Below are positions 9,231 through 19,259 of a stretch of 56,518 nt of DNA, in pieces. Both the position numbers and the translations under genes were made by a program. A model generated the notes under the pieces. It was not told the DNA's origin, made no database searches, and saw only the letters and a program-made list of their open reading frames with translations. The stretch is from the NCBI GenBank assembly GCA_964604085.1, contig CAZRXN010000001.1, positions 1-56,518 of the forward strand. The letters run 5' to 3'. The number at the start of each line of letters is the position of its first letter. Position 1 is the first letter of the stretch. Origin of the DNA: an uncultured Candidatus Saccharibacteria bacterium (GTDB lineage Bacteria > Patescibacteriota > Minisyncoccia > Phycocordibacterales > UBA2100).

Positions 9231-9566
9231 TCAGTAGGTTCCATGTGTGCGAATGGCGTACGCTGTTTCGAGATGCTCCAGCATCGATTGCCGTGCCCAC
9301 CAGCTGAAGTAGGGCGCGAATGCGGTTCGCTCCTCGAACGTGCCCCCATACTTGAGATAGATGTTGAATGCCATGTCGAAGACGCGCATACCCGCGCTCT
9401 CGAGCTCACCTGTAAGCGCCCGATCAAGCGACTGCGCTTTTATAATTTCTTCCGCCTGCTGCTTCGCGTTGGCCGCAACGAACTGGCGCAACTCTTCGCG
9501 CGCATCGGGATCCACCGAGGCGCGCTGTTCAAGCTCCTTATCGTTCACCGGTATTGCGTGCGTCAT
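9231..9566 (-). CDS. hypothetical small protein with a sigma-70 region-2-like patch
   Basis: FAPYFSWWARQSMLEHL resembles FSTYATWWIRQAI of sigma-70 region 2. Otherwise unassigned. Start is ATG 9566 (GGAGGG upstream) or GTG 9587. Confidence 0.45.
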   Translation of the reverse strand: MTHAIPVNDKELEQRASVDPDAREELRQFVAANAKQQAEEIIKAQSLDRALTGELESAGMRVFDMAFNIYLKYGGTFEERTAFAPYFSWWARQSMLEHLETAYAIRTHGTY

Positions 9567-9646
9567 CAGCGGCACTATGCCCTCCACGGCATGTAGGCAG
9601 TATTAAGCCGTCCGAGTATACTCCTTTCGTGAAGCACGAGTTTCCG

Positions 9647-10336
9647 ATGCGTATAAATCGCTACCTCGCACAAGAAGGATACGCCACAAGAAAAGGCGTC
9701 GACCTCCTCATCGAGCGCAGGCGCGTGCTTATCAATGGGATTCCCGCCGTGCTCGGCCAAAAGGTCTCTGCCGAGGACCGTATCGAGGTTAATCTTCCCA
9801 CGCGTAAGGCCTACCGCTATATTGCCTACAATAAACCGATGGGGATTGTCACCCACTCACCCAAAGCAGGCGAAGTGGACGCGCTCTCCGCAAGCGGACT
9901 CACCGGCGTCTTTCCGGTCGGCCGACTCGATAAAGCGTCGCACGGCCTACTCATCCTCACTGACGACGCGCGCGTTACCGACCGATTGCTCAATCCTTCC
10001 CGAGCACATGAAAAGGAGTACGTCGTAAAGACGCGCGAAGCGCTGCGATCGGATTTCAAACGCCGCATGGAGCGCGGGGTGGATATTGACGGGTACGTGA
10101 CAAAGCCGTGCACGGTGCCGGAAGTGGGGCAAACGCGCTTTCGTATCATTCTCGGCGAAGGGAAAACGCATCAAATCCGTCGCATGTGCGCGGCGCTCTC
10201 GTATACCGTCGTCGATCTCGAGCGTATCCGGATCGGTACCATACGTCTCGGGGGACTGAAGCCTGGCAGTCATCGTGATCTCTCCGCGATTGAGCGCGAT
10301 AGATTTCTTCGCACGCTGGACCTTCCAGATCGCTAG
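9647..10336 (+). CDS. pseudouridine synthase, RsuA/RluB family (S4 domain plus catalytic domain)
   Basis: MRINRYLAQEGYATRKG (S4 domain) and the catalytic motif GRLDKASHGLLILTDD. The ORF part 9554..9646 is rejected as an extension. Confidence 0.85.
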   Translation: MRINRYLAQEGYATRKGVDLLIERRRVLINGIPAVLGQKVSAEDRIEVNLPTRKAYRYIAYNKPMGIVTHSPKAGEVDALSASGLTGVFPVGRLDKASHGLLILTDDARVTDRLLNPSRAHEKEYVVKTREALRSDFKRRMERGVDIDGYVTKPCTVPEVGQTRFRIILGEGKTHQIRRMCAALSYTVVDLERIRIGTIRLGGLKPGSHRDLSAIERDRFLRTLDLPDR

Positions 10337-11715
10337 GATGCGTACGATTGCTCGAGCGACGTATCGTCGCCGACCGGCGCCTCCTTCGTCACGCACAGCT
10401 CTTGCAACATTCGCTCCTCGTCGAAAGAGAACTGCGGCAACGATCGCACGACAAATTGTGCATCCCGTAGGGCGTTATTGAGACATACGGACGCGCCCGG
10501 AGACGGCGTCATATTGAAGAGAATACGCTCGCCTTCGATTTTTCCCTCCCCGAGCAAAAGCTCTCTCGTTTCCGTATTGACCCTCTGCAAGCGCATACCG
10601 CCGTATCCGCGCGCCCACTCGAGCTCCCCTGCGGTTATCGTGGGTATGATCTTCCGCAGCTGCGGAAGAAGGGCGTACCTGCCGATGATTGGCAGGTCAT
10701 AGAAGAAATTCTTGAGGAGGTACCAAAAACGGATCGGCTCCAGCAGAATAGATACGAAGCTGATCCATGTAGAGATGCGGTGCATGCCGGACGTTGCGAA
10801 AAATGCGCCCATGGTCGAGAGCGCACGAGCTTCGAGCACCGGAAAGAAACGGGCGGTCGGTCCCCAGCGCGTAGCCCCGTCCCTCGTCAGGTCGGGATCG
10901 CCGTGTATCGCAGCAAACGGCATGCGCTTCGCCTGGACCCGGTACACTTTCCCTCGAAGGCGCTCTTTCGTGAAGTAGAAATTTCCCGCGATGGGGATGA
11001 GCGAGAAGTGCGTGCCGTAGCCGAGCCGCTTGGCGAAACGCAAGCTGTGCGCATCCGCATCTACGACGACCACGCTCGCGCGCGCCTCTCCTTTGTTCGT
11101 CCAAACCTTCCAATCCTCCCTGTCACGCTCCAATGAGAGCACTTCATGCCCGAGCAGCACGTCTATCCTTCCGTCACCTGCTGCGCTTTTTGCATGAGAG
11201 GCTAGAGAGCGGGCGAGCGCGCCGAAATTTACGGCGTACCCCTCCTCGCTGAAGAGAGCGAGTACTGGCTCCTCGCCCCTCCCGCGCATCACTTCTGGCT
11301 CGGCCGCGCGAATGCCCTCTGCATCCAAGCGAACGAGATCGGGGAATATTTCTTTTAGATGCTCGTACCTCGCGCCAAGCTCGTCTACCTCTTGCTTTCC
11401 CACCGCGAGCACCATTTTCTGGACCTTGCGGATAATGGATGCGCGCTCATCCTCTTCCAGCGAATCGGTATACCGCTTCACCATGAGCGCAGCAGTGCGC
11501 ACCTGCCGCGCCTTTTCAAACGAATAGTTCGTCTCGATATCGCCGACGTGAAGGGTCTGACTATTGTTCTTGGGGTGCGAGTTGACGCTTCCGAGCGCCG
11601 CGTTCTTTTCGAGAAGCGCGATGCTGCCTATATCCGTATAGCGCGAAAGTGCATAGAGGAGTGCCGTCCCGCTCGCTCCGCCGCCGATGATGATGACATC
11701 GTATGCCGGTCGCAT
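10333..11715 (-). CDS. mqo: FAD-dependent oxidoreductase, malate:quinone oxidoreductase-like
   Basis: DVIIIGGGASGTALL dinucleotide fold. NNSQTLHVGDIETNY and EEGYAVNFGAL resemble the Mqo-family motifs NNAGTGHSALCELNYT and GTDVNFG. Confidence 0.6.
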   Translation of the reverse strand: MRPAYDVIIIGGGASGTALLYALSRYTDIGSIALLEKNAALGSVNSHPKNNSQTLHVGDIETNYSFEKARQVRTAALMVKRYTDSLEEDERASIIRKVQKMVLAVGKQEVDELGARYEHLKEIFPDLVRLDAEGIRAAEPEVMRGRGEEPVLALFSEEGYAVNFGALARSLASHAKSAAGDGRIDVLLGHEVLSLERDREDWKVWTNKGEARASVVVVDADAHSLRFAKRLGYGTHFSLIPIAGNFYFTKERLRGKVYRVQAKRMPFAAIHGDPDLTRDGATRWGPTARFFPVLEARALSTMGAFFATSGMHRISTWISFVSILLEPIRFWYLLKNFFYDLPIIGRYALLPQLRKIIPTITAGELEWARGYGGMRLQRVNTETRELLLGEGKIEGERILFNMTPSPGASVCLNNALRDAQFVVRSLPQFSFDEERMLQELCVTKEAPVGDDTSLEQSYAS

Positions 11716-11762
11716 CGGAGTAGTATAGCAAATACTTTAACGAACGCTAAACTGACGAGCAA

Positions 11763-12233
11763 TCACCCCTTTCCCCTGGCAAGCGCGAGCACTCGTTCGA
11801 AGTGCCCCTTCGAGACCGGCTGCACTGAGAGTCGTCCGCGCTCCAGCACGAGCATGCCCCGAAGCTCAGGGTCGCTGCGCATCTCCTCCAGCAATACGGG
11901 GTTTCTAAATGCGCGGACGAACCGCACATCCACGCAGTACCATTTCGGCTTCTCTCGCCGCGAGGTCGGATCGTAGTGCGGGTCCCCTTTATCGAATTGC
12001 GTCGTGTCCGGATGCGCGAGAGCCACGACTTTCGCGACGCCGTATACGCCGATATCGGCCGCGCTCGAATGGTACAAGAGCACGAGGTCACCCAGATGCA
12101 TTTCCCGCATAAAATTGCGGGCCTGGAAGTTCCTCACGCCATCCCATGGCGCTACGCCATCACGCTTCAAATCGGAGATCGAATACACATCCCCTTCCGT
12201 CTTCATCAACCAGTATCTCTTCTCCGCTGCCAT
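11763..12233 (-). CDS. EVE (PUA-like) domain protein
   Basis: MAAEKRYWLMKTEGDVYSISDL...WDGVRNFQARNFMREMHLGDLVLLYHS is a typical EVE/thymocyte nuclear protein 1-like N-terminus. The upstream ORF part is rejected. Confidence 0.8.
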   Translation of the reverse strand: MAAEKRYWLMKTEGDVYSISDLKRDGVAPWDGVRNFQARNFMREMHLGDLVLLYHSSAADIGVYGVAKVVALAHPDTTQFDKGDPHYDPTSRREKPKWYCVDVRFVRAFRNPVLLEEMRSDPELRGMLVLERGRLSVQPVSKGHFERVLALARGKG

Positions 12234-12237
12234 GTCC

Positions 12238-12891
12238 CTATCCCAAATGGGTGTGATCGTTGTACACCCAGAGTCGCCAGAAGTAATCGTCTTCGTCGCC
12301 ACGCTCGTGCCTGAGCGCGGTGAGGGCGGTATTCTCCGTCGACGCGCGCTCTTGAATGCGCAGGAACGCATCCGGAGAGAGCAGATCCCCCAGGAGCACT
12401 CGTCCGACGATCGTCCGCAGGAAGTAGCCGTGTGTGACAACAAGAAGTGAAGATTCTTCCCTCTCTTCGAGAAATCGGAGCGCGGCGTCTGCGCGCGCGA
12501 CCAGTTCCTCATAACTCTCTCCGTCCCCTACCTTGAGCCCAGGCGTATGCAGGCTGCGATTAAATTCGAGCCATAGGGCGCTCGCCTCCGGATCGTCGTG
12601 AGGACGCCCATGAAGCTCGTTTGGATGCATGCGTTCAATGAATAAATCGGAGTATTCCGCCTTCTTTCCTGTCGCTTTTTCTATCTGCGCCGCCGTGTCG
12701 CGTGCGCGCAGGAAGGGACTGGAAATGAGCGCCTCAAACGGGAGCCGCGAAGCGCGCTGGGCTATGCGACGTGCCTGCGTCATGCCCAATTCCGTAAGCG
12801 GCGAATCTGGCGCCTGGAAGATCGGGAGGACGTTCGACTCACTCTGGCCATGTCGTACGAAATACACAACCTTTTCCGACGCGCTCTGCAT
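12238..12891 (-). CDS. histidine phosphatase family protein (phosphoglycerate mutase-like)
   Basis: VVYFVRHGQSESN (RHG catalytic motif) and VVTHG near the C-terminus. Start MQSASEK at 12891. Confidence 0.8.
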   Translation of the reverse strand: MQSASEKVVYFVRHGQSESNVLPIFQAPDSPLTELGMTQARRIAQRASRLPFEALISSPFLRARDTAAQIEKATGKKAEYSDLFIERMHPNELHGRPHDDPEASALWLEFNRSLHTPGLKVGDGESYEELVARADAALRFLEEREESSLLVVTHGYFLRTIVGRVLLGDLLSPDAFLRIQERASTENTALTALRHERGDEDDYFWRLWVYNDHTHLG

Positions 12892-12898
12892 TTCATGA

Positions 12899-13579
12899 TT
12901 ATATGCGCTCAGCACGCTCCGACAACGCTTCTTCCTGCCGCCGCCAGCGAAATCTACGCGCCGCAAGAAAGAGCCCGTAGTGGAGTCCGAAGGCGCCAAG
13001 TACGAGTACGGCCATGTAGATCGGCCACAGAATGCTCGGGTATGGCAGTCCATGCGCGCATCCGGTAAAAACGCAGTTCACATTGTCTCCGGGACCGGTG
13101 CCCGAGAGCGTAGTCACGTACAGGCCGGCAATGTAGAGGAGCGCGTACCCGATTGCACGCGACGTGGGGCGAGCTCGATACACATACCAAAGCGCTACGA
13201 AGGGCATCGTCGTATGCAGAATGATCGATACGTTGTTTGAGAAGGTGAGCCCTTCCGCATACACGTAGTTTGCGGTGTCAGAGAGATCGAGCCCGAAGAG
13301 CGGCGAAACCAGATCGAAGACCCACAAGAGCTGCGGCAGGATTCCCACCAGATTGATGCCCCGAATGTACTCGGTGTTCTTCTGCCAGAATGCGATGGCG
13401 TAGAAGAATGCCGCGTTATTGCAGTACCAAAACAGAAGTACGCGCTTATTCGGATCAGGTAGGAGGGCGATGAGAACGGCGATCTGCAGTAGGGCGAAGT
13501 AGGCTACTGGTGCAAGCGCTGCGACACGAGCCCCTCGACCCGCTGGCAGTATTCTCGCGACACTGTTCGCAACGTTCAC
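12899..13579 (-). CDS. polytopic membrane protein, unknown function
   Basis: About 6 hydrophobic helices. GTG start. Confidence 0.6.
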   Translation of the reverse strand: MNVANSVARILPAGRGARVAALAPVAYFALLQIAVLIALLPDPNKRVLLFWYCNNAAFFYAIAFWQKNTEYIRGINLVGILPQLLWVFDLVSPLFGLDLSDTANYVYAEGLTFSNNVSIILHTTMPFVALWYVYRARPTSRAIGYALLYIAGLYVTTLSGTGPGDNVNCVFTGCAHGLPYPSILWPIYMAVLVLGAFGLHYGLFLAARRFRWRRQEEALSERAERI

Positions 13580-13671
13580 TCATACAGTGTCTTTTTTCGA
13601 CCCGGTACTCTCTATGAAGATAACCCTTACCAAGGCCCCGCCTTGGTAAAACGGCGACAACCTGCTTGCTA

Positions 13672-13742
13672 TTGCCGGACTTGGATTCGAACCAAGATAC
13701 TCGCCTCCAAAGGGCGATGTCCTACCATTAGACGATCCGGCA
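13672..13742 (-). tRNA. tRNA-Gln (TTG)
   Basis: Hand-folded cloverleaf: acceptor TGCCGGA/TCCGGCA, anticodon stem TCGCC/GGCGA with loop CTTTGGA, T-arm CTTGG-TTCGAAT-CCAAG. 71 nt, no encoded CCA. Confidence 0.9.
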
Positions 13743-13788
13743 CGTCCCGTTATCCTACGAGCAATCGCCGGGCTCTGCAATCCGCGCA

Positions 13789-14175
13789 CTAGTAGATATT
13801 CTCCTCCGGATAGCGCGTACCGCGCTTTATGAAGTGCGTCTCGACGTCCTTGAGCTGGAACTGGTCACGGAAGAACTTTTCGATAAACGCGATGTCCATG
13901 CCGTTTTTGCAGGTGTACACGTCGGCACTCACGAAGCCGCGCTTCGGAAACGTATGCACGCTGATATGACTCTCGGCAATCGTTACGACGCCGGTCCAGC
14001 CACCCGGGTCTTTCAGGTCATTCGGACCCGCATGATAAATCTGTGCGGGCGCAAGCTGGTGCATACCGAGGAGTCCCGGTAGCTCGTTAAGGCACGCTGA
14101 TACTTTCTCTTGGCTATCGAGCGCTTGCTCGTCGCCTCCATACCCGTCGAGGGTCAGGTGTTCGCCAAAGTGCAT
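13789..14175 (-). CDS. speH: S-adenosylmethionine decarboxylase proenzyme (SpeH/SpeD type)
   Basis: The self-processing motif AESHISVHTFP is present. Start MHFGEHL at 14175. Confidence 0.8.
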   Translation of the reverse strand: MHFGEHLTLDGYGGDEQALDSQEKVSACLNELPGLLGMHQLAPAQIYHAGPNDLKDPGGWTGVVTIAESHISVHTFPKRGFVSADVYTCKNGMDIAFIEKFFRDQFQLKDVETHFIKRGTRYPEENIY

Positions 14176-14285
14176 CTGTGATGTGCGATGGGTGGATAGC
14201 TCCACTAGGTAATAAATGAATGCCCGGGCATTGTACTGCAAACTTCCAAGAAAGCGAGTCTAGCGGCAAACCAGTGTGTATAACC

Positions 14286-15332
14286 TTAAGCCGCGCTCCC
14301 CGCGACGTCGGCAATCGCGAGCTCGAGAGGTAGGTGAGGCAGCGCCGCATACGCCATCATGCCGTACGCATCGAGGAAGCGCCGGAGCGTGTCGGACGTG
14401 ATGCCTGGATTTTTTGCCGCCTGCGCCGCAAGCTCGACGTCCGCCTCCGAGAGCTCTTGAGAGAGCTCTTTGCCAAGTTCCGGATCATAGCGGAGGAGGA
14501 GCGCTACACGCAGGCGATGAATGAGCAGTTTCGTTAGGATCCGTACATCGAGATTGTTCGAGACGGCTTCGCGGACGGAAGCTAGCGCAGAGCCCGCATC
14601 TTTCTCCGCAACGGCGCGGAAGAGCCGTCGCACCAGCTCTCCGCGTGGCGCCCCGGACACGGTCTCGACATCTTCGACACTCACCTGCTTCTTGTCCGCT
14701 ACGGTAAGGACTTTTTGCAGAATCGAGAGTGCATCGCGAAAAGATCCTTCGGCGAGGAGTGCGACGAGCTCCGCCGCGCTCGGCTCTATGGTATACCCCT
14801 CTTTCTTAGCGACATCGAGAACCACATCTGCGAGCATCGCGCGCGTGGGCGGTTTGAAGCTGTAGACCTCGCAGCGGGACTGGATAGTATCCGGCACCTT
14901 GTCTCGCTCTGTTGTCGCGAGGACGAACATAGCGTGCGCAGGCGGCTCTTCGAGCGTCTTGAGCAGCGCATTCCACGCCTGTTTCGAGAGCATGTGCGCC
15001 TCGTCAATAATGTAGAACTTATAGGGCGACTCAAAGGGCATCGCGTTTACGCCTTCCCGAAGCTCGCGCACATCCTCCACACTCGTGTGCGAGGCGGCAT
15101 CCATTTCATACAGGTCCTTGTCAGAAACGTCGAGCTCCCGCGCCAAAATGCGCGCCACGGACGTTTTCCCAGTGCCTCGCCCACCGACGAATAGGTACGC
15201 GTGGGCGGGCGCGCCCTTGCGCACAGCCGCTTCGAGAACCGAGACCACATGATCCTGTCCTTGTACGTCCGCGAACGTCTGAGGCCGATGGGCCCGGTAG
15301 AGGGTCGCGCGCGGTTTCGATCGTTGTGCCAT
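14286..15332 (-). CDS. dnaX: DNA polymerase III subunit gamma/tau (short form)
   Basis: YRAHRPQTFADVQGQDHV, Walker A GGRGTGKTS, IIDEAHML, and the sensor TTERDKVPDTIQSRC. Confidence 0.9.
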   Translation of the reverse strand: MAQRSKPRATLYRAHRPQTFADVQGQDHVVSVLEAAVRKGAPAHAYLFVGGRGTGKTSVARILARELDVSDKDLYEMDAASHTSVEDVRELREGVNAMPFESPYKFYIIDEAHMLSKQAWNALLKTLEEPPAHAMFVLATTERDKVPDTIQSRCEVYSFKPPTRAMLADVVLDVAKKEGYTIEPSAAELVALLAEGSFRDALSILQKVLTVADKKQVSVEDVETVSGAPRGELVRRLFRAVAEKDAGSALASVREAVSNNLDVRILTKLLIHRLRVALLLRYDPELGKELSQELSEADVELAAQAAKNPGITSDTLRRFLDAYGMMAYAALPHLPLELAIADVAGSAA

Positions 15333-15394
15333 GGTTGGATTATACAAAAGAAATCCCCGGAGACGCGCCCCGGGGATCATCTTCACAAAACCTG

Positions 15395-15943
15395 CTACTT
15401 GCACGTTCGCCGCCCTGGCGCCTTGATGCCGAGCTGCGCGCGCTCGTCTTTTGGGAGCGAGGTGATGAAGCTCACGAGTGTTCCCTTATTGGCCCCAAGT
15501 TTTTCCGCAGAAATGCGTGCCACCTCGCTGATCGGAACATCATGTCCCAGTTCGGCTACCGCTTCCCGCAGGGCTTGTATTTTTTTCTCGCGAGAGAGCT
15601 TTACCCTGGGGACGCGCTCCCTTTTATCATCCTCCTCTTCCTCACTCCCGACAGGGTCCATATGCGGGACGATGGATGAGGGTGCGGGTGCTTTCTCCTG
15701 TGCGCCATGTTGCGCATGGAACGCGCAGAGATTGCGAGCGGGGTCCCCGCCGATCTCGTTCACGAAGCCGGGTCGCTTTGAGAGTTGCAGAATGCACGCT
15801 AGGCAGACACGCCACGGCGATTCGCAGTCCTTGCATTTCTGCGCGAGCTGCCGCACTGGTACACGAGAAATCTCGATGCACCCACGGCTGGTAATCTTCT
15901 TATCTGCGGCGTAGGCGCATTTTTTATATATTCCGGATGCCAT
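15395..15943 (-). CDS. hypothetical Cys-rich protein with an acidic linker and an HTH-like C-terminus
   Basis: Several Cys/His pairs in the first ~80 aa (CKDC, CLAC, C..H..H). EEEEDD linker. C-terminal helical segment ISEVARISAEKLGANKGT. Confidence 0.5.
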   Translation of the reverse strand: MASGIYKKCAYAADKKITSRGCIEISRVPVRQLAQKCKDCESPWRVCLACILQLSKRPGFVNEIGGDPARNLCAFHAQHGAQEKAPAPSSIVPHMDPVGSEEEEDDKRERVPRVKLSREKKIQALREAVAELGHDVPISEVARISAEKLGANKGTLVSFITSLPKDERAQLGIKAPGRRTCK

Positions 15944-16004
15944 GGATCTCTCCATTGTTTGTCCGAACCAAACGTATACGCTCCCCTCGCTTCATGCAAG
16001 CGAG

Positions 16005-17030
16005 TCAGGCGTGGATCACAGGAGGATACTCTGCGACATCTGCCCCGAGTGCGCCGGCGAGGAGTGCGCGGGCTTCTTTCGGGTCTCGCGTCTCCATGAG
16101 CCGCATGCGCAACTCCTTGGCATCATGCCAACCCGAAATATACGCTTTGAAGTGCTTTTTCATGACCGCATAGTTGGTCGTATCGGAGAGCAGCGATTCA
16201 AACGCTTCGATGTGCCGCATCAGGGCTGCAATCCGCTCCTCTCTCGTGGGCATATGCGGCCGATCGCTTCCCGAGGAGAGCGGCGCATAGAGCCAGGGAT
16301 TGCCGAAGATAGCGCGCCCCAACATCACGCCATCGCATCCCGTCGCGTCCGCTTTTGAGCGAGCGTCCGCAAGATCCAGCGCGTCCCCGTTGCCGATGAT
16401 GAGCGTCTCCGATCCCGCAGCATCGCGTATGACCGCGGCTTCGGCGACTCGCCGCCAATCCGCTGGCACGAGCGAGAGTTGTTTGCGGGTACGCGCATGT
16501 ATTGCTATCGCAGCTGGACTCTCGGAGAGAAGCTGAGGGAGCCACTCCTCGAGCTCATTAGTTCCATACCCGATGCGCGTCTTGACCGATACCGGAATCG
16601 GGCGACCGGAAGACGCGATACCCCGTTTCGCTGCACGGATCAGCTCTCGAGCGAGCTCCGGATTCCGGATGAGTGCCGCCCCGCAGCCGCTCTTCTCGAT
16701 CGCACGATCCGGACAGCCCATATTTATGTCTAATCCGTCGAATCCGAGTTCCGCTACGATAGCCGCGGCGCGCTCCATGCGTTCCGGAATCGCTGAGAAG
16801 AGCTGCGCGACTATGGGCCGTTCCTGCTCCGTGTAGAGCAGTTTCTTGCGCAGCACGCGCTGACCGTGCTCGGGGGCGAGCACCAGCCCGTCCGCGGATG
16901 TGAATTCCGTATACATGACGTGCGGCCGCCCGAAACTCACGATCAGTCCGCGAAACGCAGCATCCGTTACATCTTCCATGGGCGCCTGTACGAAGAAGGG
17001 CCGGGGTAGTGCGTCCCAAAAACCGTTCAT
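16005..17030 (-). CDS. dus: tRNA-dihydrouridine synthase
   Basis: FFVQAPMEDVTDAAFR, GFDGLDINMGCP, and the conserved K/H in SVKTRIG...AIAIHART. Confidence 0.9.
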   Translation of the reverse strand: MNGFWDALPRPFFVQAPMEDVTDAAFRGLIVSFGRPHVMYTEFTSADGLVLAPEHGQRVLRKKLLYTEQERPIVAQLFSAIPERMERAAAIVAELGFDGLDINMGCPDRAIEKSGCGAALIRNPELARELIRAAKRGIASSGRPIPVSVKTRIGYGTNELEEWLPQLLSESPAAIAIHARTRKQLSLVPADWRRVAEAAVIRDAAGSETLIIGNGDALDLADARSKADATGCDGVMLGRAIFGNPWLYAPLSSGSDRPHMPTREERIAALMRHIEAFESLLSDTTNYAVMKKHFKAYISGWHDAKELRMRLMETRDPKEARALLAGALGADVAEYPPVIHA

Positions 17031-17062
17031 CGCCGCACCATACCACGTGGCATTATTTTTCC

Positions 17063-17938
17063 TTACTCACCTGTCGTCTTGTAGTAGACTCGATTTCCAA
17101 AACGCAGATCGACATACTCGAGTTCGGATACGTCACCCGAGAGGGCATCCGATGAAAGAGAGAGTTTTAGATTCCGTGCGACGGTTTCCGCGTCGGATGC
17201 AAACGCCGACTTCATCGCATACCCTTCGAGGCAGCCGACTGTGTAATCCTGCGCGTCTTCCACAGTGAAGGTAGCCGGCGTGCAGCCCGCGGCGGGAAGG
17301 CGAGCAATGAGGTCCTGTACAGACGAGAACGCGTTCGGCAGAAAGCTCTGCCCGACGGCATCCGCATCCCTCGAAAGTCCGCCGCTGAATTTCACGGCCA
17401 GCTGCGTCTCCTCGCCCTGCGACGACGCGAATACGAATCCATTGCTGTCCATCAGATAGCAGCCCGCCTCGTCGCACCAAAGAGCGAATGGGTCCCGCTC
17501 TTCCACCGTGATCCTTACCGCTTGCGCCAAGAGCCCTCTGCGGGAAACCGATACCGAATCAATGCGCGGAAATTCCGACGCGAGCGCCTCTTCGATGCTA
17601 CTGCGCGGATACAGGAAGATGTTGCGCCTCGAGAAGAGGTGGAATGCGCCATCGTCTATCACTGCTTCGGCGTGTTCCTCCACGCGCTCCGACGAGACCG
17701 AGTTCGCTCCCGAGACATCAATGTCCCGTATCACGAGCCGATCCGTGCGCGAAAGCGCCCCTGCACCCCCTACGAGGAGCATGAGGCACACCACGGCTAA
17801 AACGCCGAGGAGAAGTCGACGCTTACGTCGCTTTGCTGCCAGACGCGGGCGTCGCGGCGGCGTCGGGGCACTGGTCCGGCGCGCGGCGGGTGCAGCCGAC
17901 CTTTTACGTATGGTAAGGACTCGGGATGACATCGCCAC
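17063..17938 (-). CDS. ftsQ: cell division protein FtsQ-like (POTRA)
   Basis: Basic N-terminus, one TM helix, and a POTRA-like segment LVIRDIDVSGANSVSSERVEEH. Overlaps the serS 3' end by 35 nt. Confidence 0.75.
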   Translation of the reverse strand: MAMSSRVLTIRKRSAAPAARRTSAPTPPRRPRLAAKRRKRRLLLGVLAVVCLMLLVGGAGALSRTDRLVIRDIDVSGANSVSSERVEEHAEAVIDDGAFHLFSRRNIFLYPRSSIEEALASEFPRIDSVSVSRRGLLAQAVRITVEERDPFALWCDEAGCYLMDSNGFVFASSQGEETQLAVKFSGGLSRDADAVGQSFLPNAFSSVQDLIARLPAAGCTPATFTVEDAQDYTVGCLEGYAMKSAFASDAETVARNLKLSLSSDALSGDVSELEYVDLRFGNRVYYKTTGE

Positions 17939-19181
17939 CGAAATATTCCCGCAGTGCCGCGGGGACGGAAATCGAGCCGTCTTTCTGTTGGAAATTTTCG
18001 ACGATGTGACACAAGATCCTCGGAAGCGCGAGCGCCGTATTGTTCAGTGAGTGTGCGAATCGAAGGACGCCATCTTCGTCCCGGTAGCGGATATTTAGTC
18101 GCCTTGTTTGGAAATCATGGAAGTACGAAGACGAGTGCGTCTCCCGATACGTGCGCTCGCTCGGCATCCACGCCTCGATATCGTATTTCTTTACCTGTCC
18201 GAGGCCGATGTCGCCGCCACAATTCAGCACGACATGGAATGGCAGTTCAAGTTCCTGTAAGAGCGCTTCCGAGTTTGCCGTCAATGTCTCATGATGCTGC
18301 ACCGATTCTTCGTGACTCGCCTCGCACAGGACAATCTGCTCATATTTCACGAATTCGTGGACGCGGAAAAGCCCTTTAGTGTCCTTGCCGTGACTCCCGG
18401 CCTCTCGCCGGAAGCACGGGGAGAATGCGAAGAACTTCACCGGCAGATCTTTCTTCTCGAGAACCTCATCCATGAAGTAACCCATGCCCGCTACTTCCGC
18501 AGTACCAGCGAGGTACTCGCCGTCCTGCGTCTTGTAGAGATCCTCTTCACTCTGGGGAAGATACCCCGTCCCGACGAACGGCTCCCGTCGCACGAGCGAC
18601 GGCACGATGAGAGGCGTGAACCCATCTCTGCGCATGAAGCGGTCCTGCACGAAGCGCTCGAGCGCCCAGAGGAGGCGCACGCCGTCGTTCTTGAGGAAGT
18701 AGCCGCGGAATCCGGCGACCTTAGCTCCGCGCTCGAAATCAGCCATATCGTGGAGCGCCATAAGCTCGGTATGGCTTTTCGGCTCGAACTCGAACTCGGG
18801 AATATTCCCCCACGTGCGTACCTCCTTGTTGTCGGCGTCTGAATCTCCCTCCGGCACTGACGGGTCAGGTACGTTCGGTACCTGCACCATGAGCTCGCGC
18901 CACTCCTTCAGCGTTTCTGCGAGCGACTCCTCGTTCGCCTTTAGGCCCTCTTTCAGCGTCTGCATCCGACTGATCAGTTCTTTCTTCTCTACGTCATCTG
19001 CGCGCGCCACCTGCTCGGATGCGGCATTCTGTTCCGCGCGCTTCGCATCCACCTCCTGTTGCAGCTCCTTGCGGCGATCGTCCAGTTCGAGTAGGCGATT
19101 GAGATCCACGGACACGTGCTTCTTTCGCGCGCCCGCTTCGACGATTTCTTTATGTTCGCGTATGAATTTTATGTCGAGCAC
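17904..19181 (-). CDS. serS: serine--tRNA ligase
   Basis: MLDIKFIRE start (GTG), N-terminal coiled-coil arm, class II motifs (FRREAGS..., GLFRVHEF). Confidence 0.95.
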   Translation of the reverse strand: MLDIKFIREHKEIVEAGARKKHVSVDLNRLLELDDRRKELQQEVDAKRAEQNAASEQVARADDVEKKELISRMQTLKEGLKANEESLAETLKEWRELMVQVPNVPDPSVPEGDSDADNKEVRTWGNIPEFEFEPKSHTELMALHDMADFERGAKVAGFRGYFLKNDGVRLLWALERFVQDRFMRRDGFTPLIVPSLVRREPFVGTGYLPQSEEDLYKTQDGEYLAGTAEVAGMGYFMDEVLEKKDLPVKFFAFSPCFRREAGSHGKDTKGLFRVHEFVKYEQIVLCEASHEESVQHHETLTANSEALLQELELPFHVVLNCGGDIGLGQVKKYDIEAWMPSERTYRETHSSSYFHDFQTRRLNIRYRDEDGVLRFAHSLNNTALALPRILCHIVENFQQKDGSISVPAALREYFGGDVIPSPYHT

Positions 19182-19259
19182 GGTGGATCAGACGCCGGTG
19201 CCGCACTTTCCCCCGTGCGCGCTTCGCGATCGGGCGTTCTGTCCTATGATGATACCATC

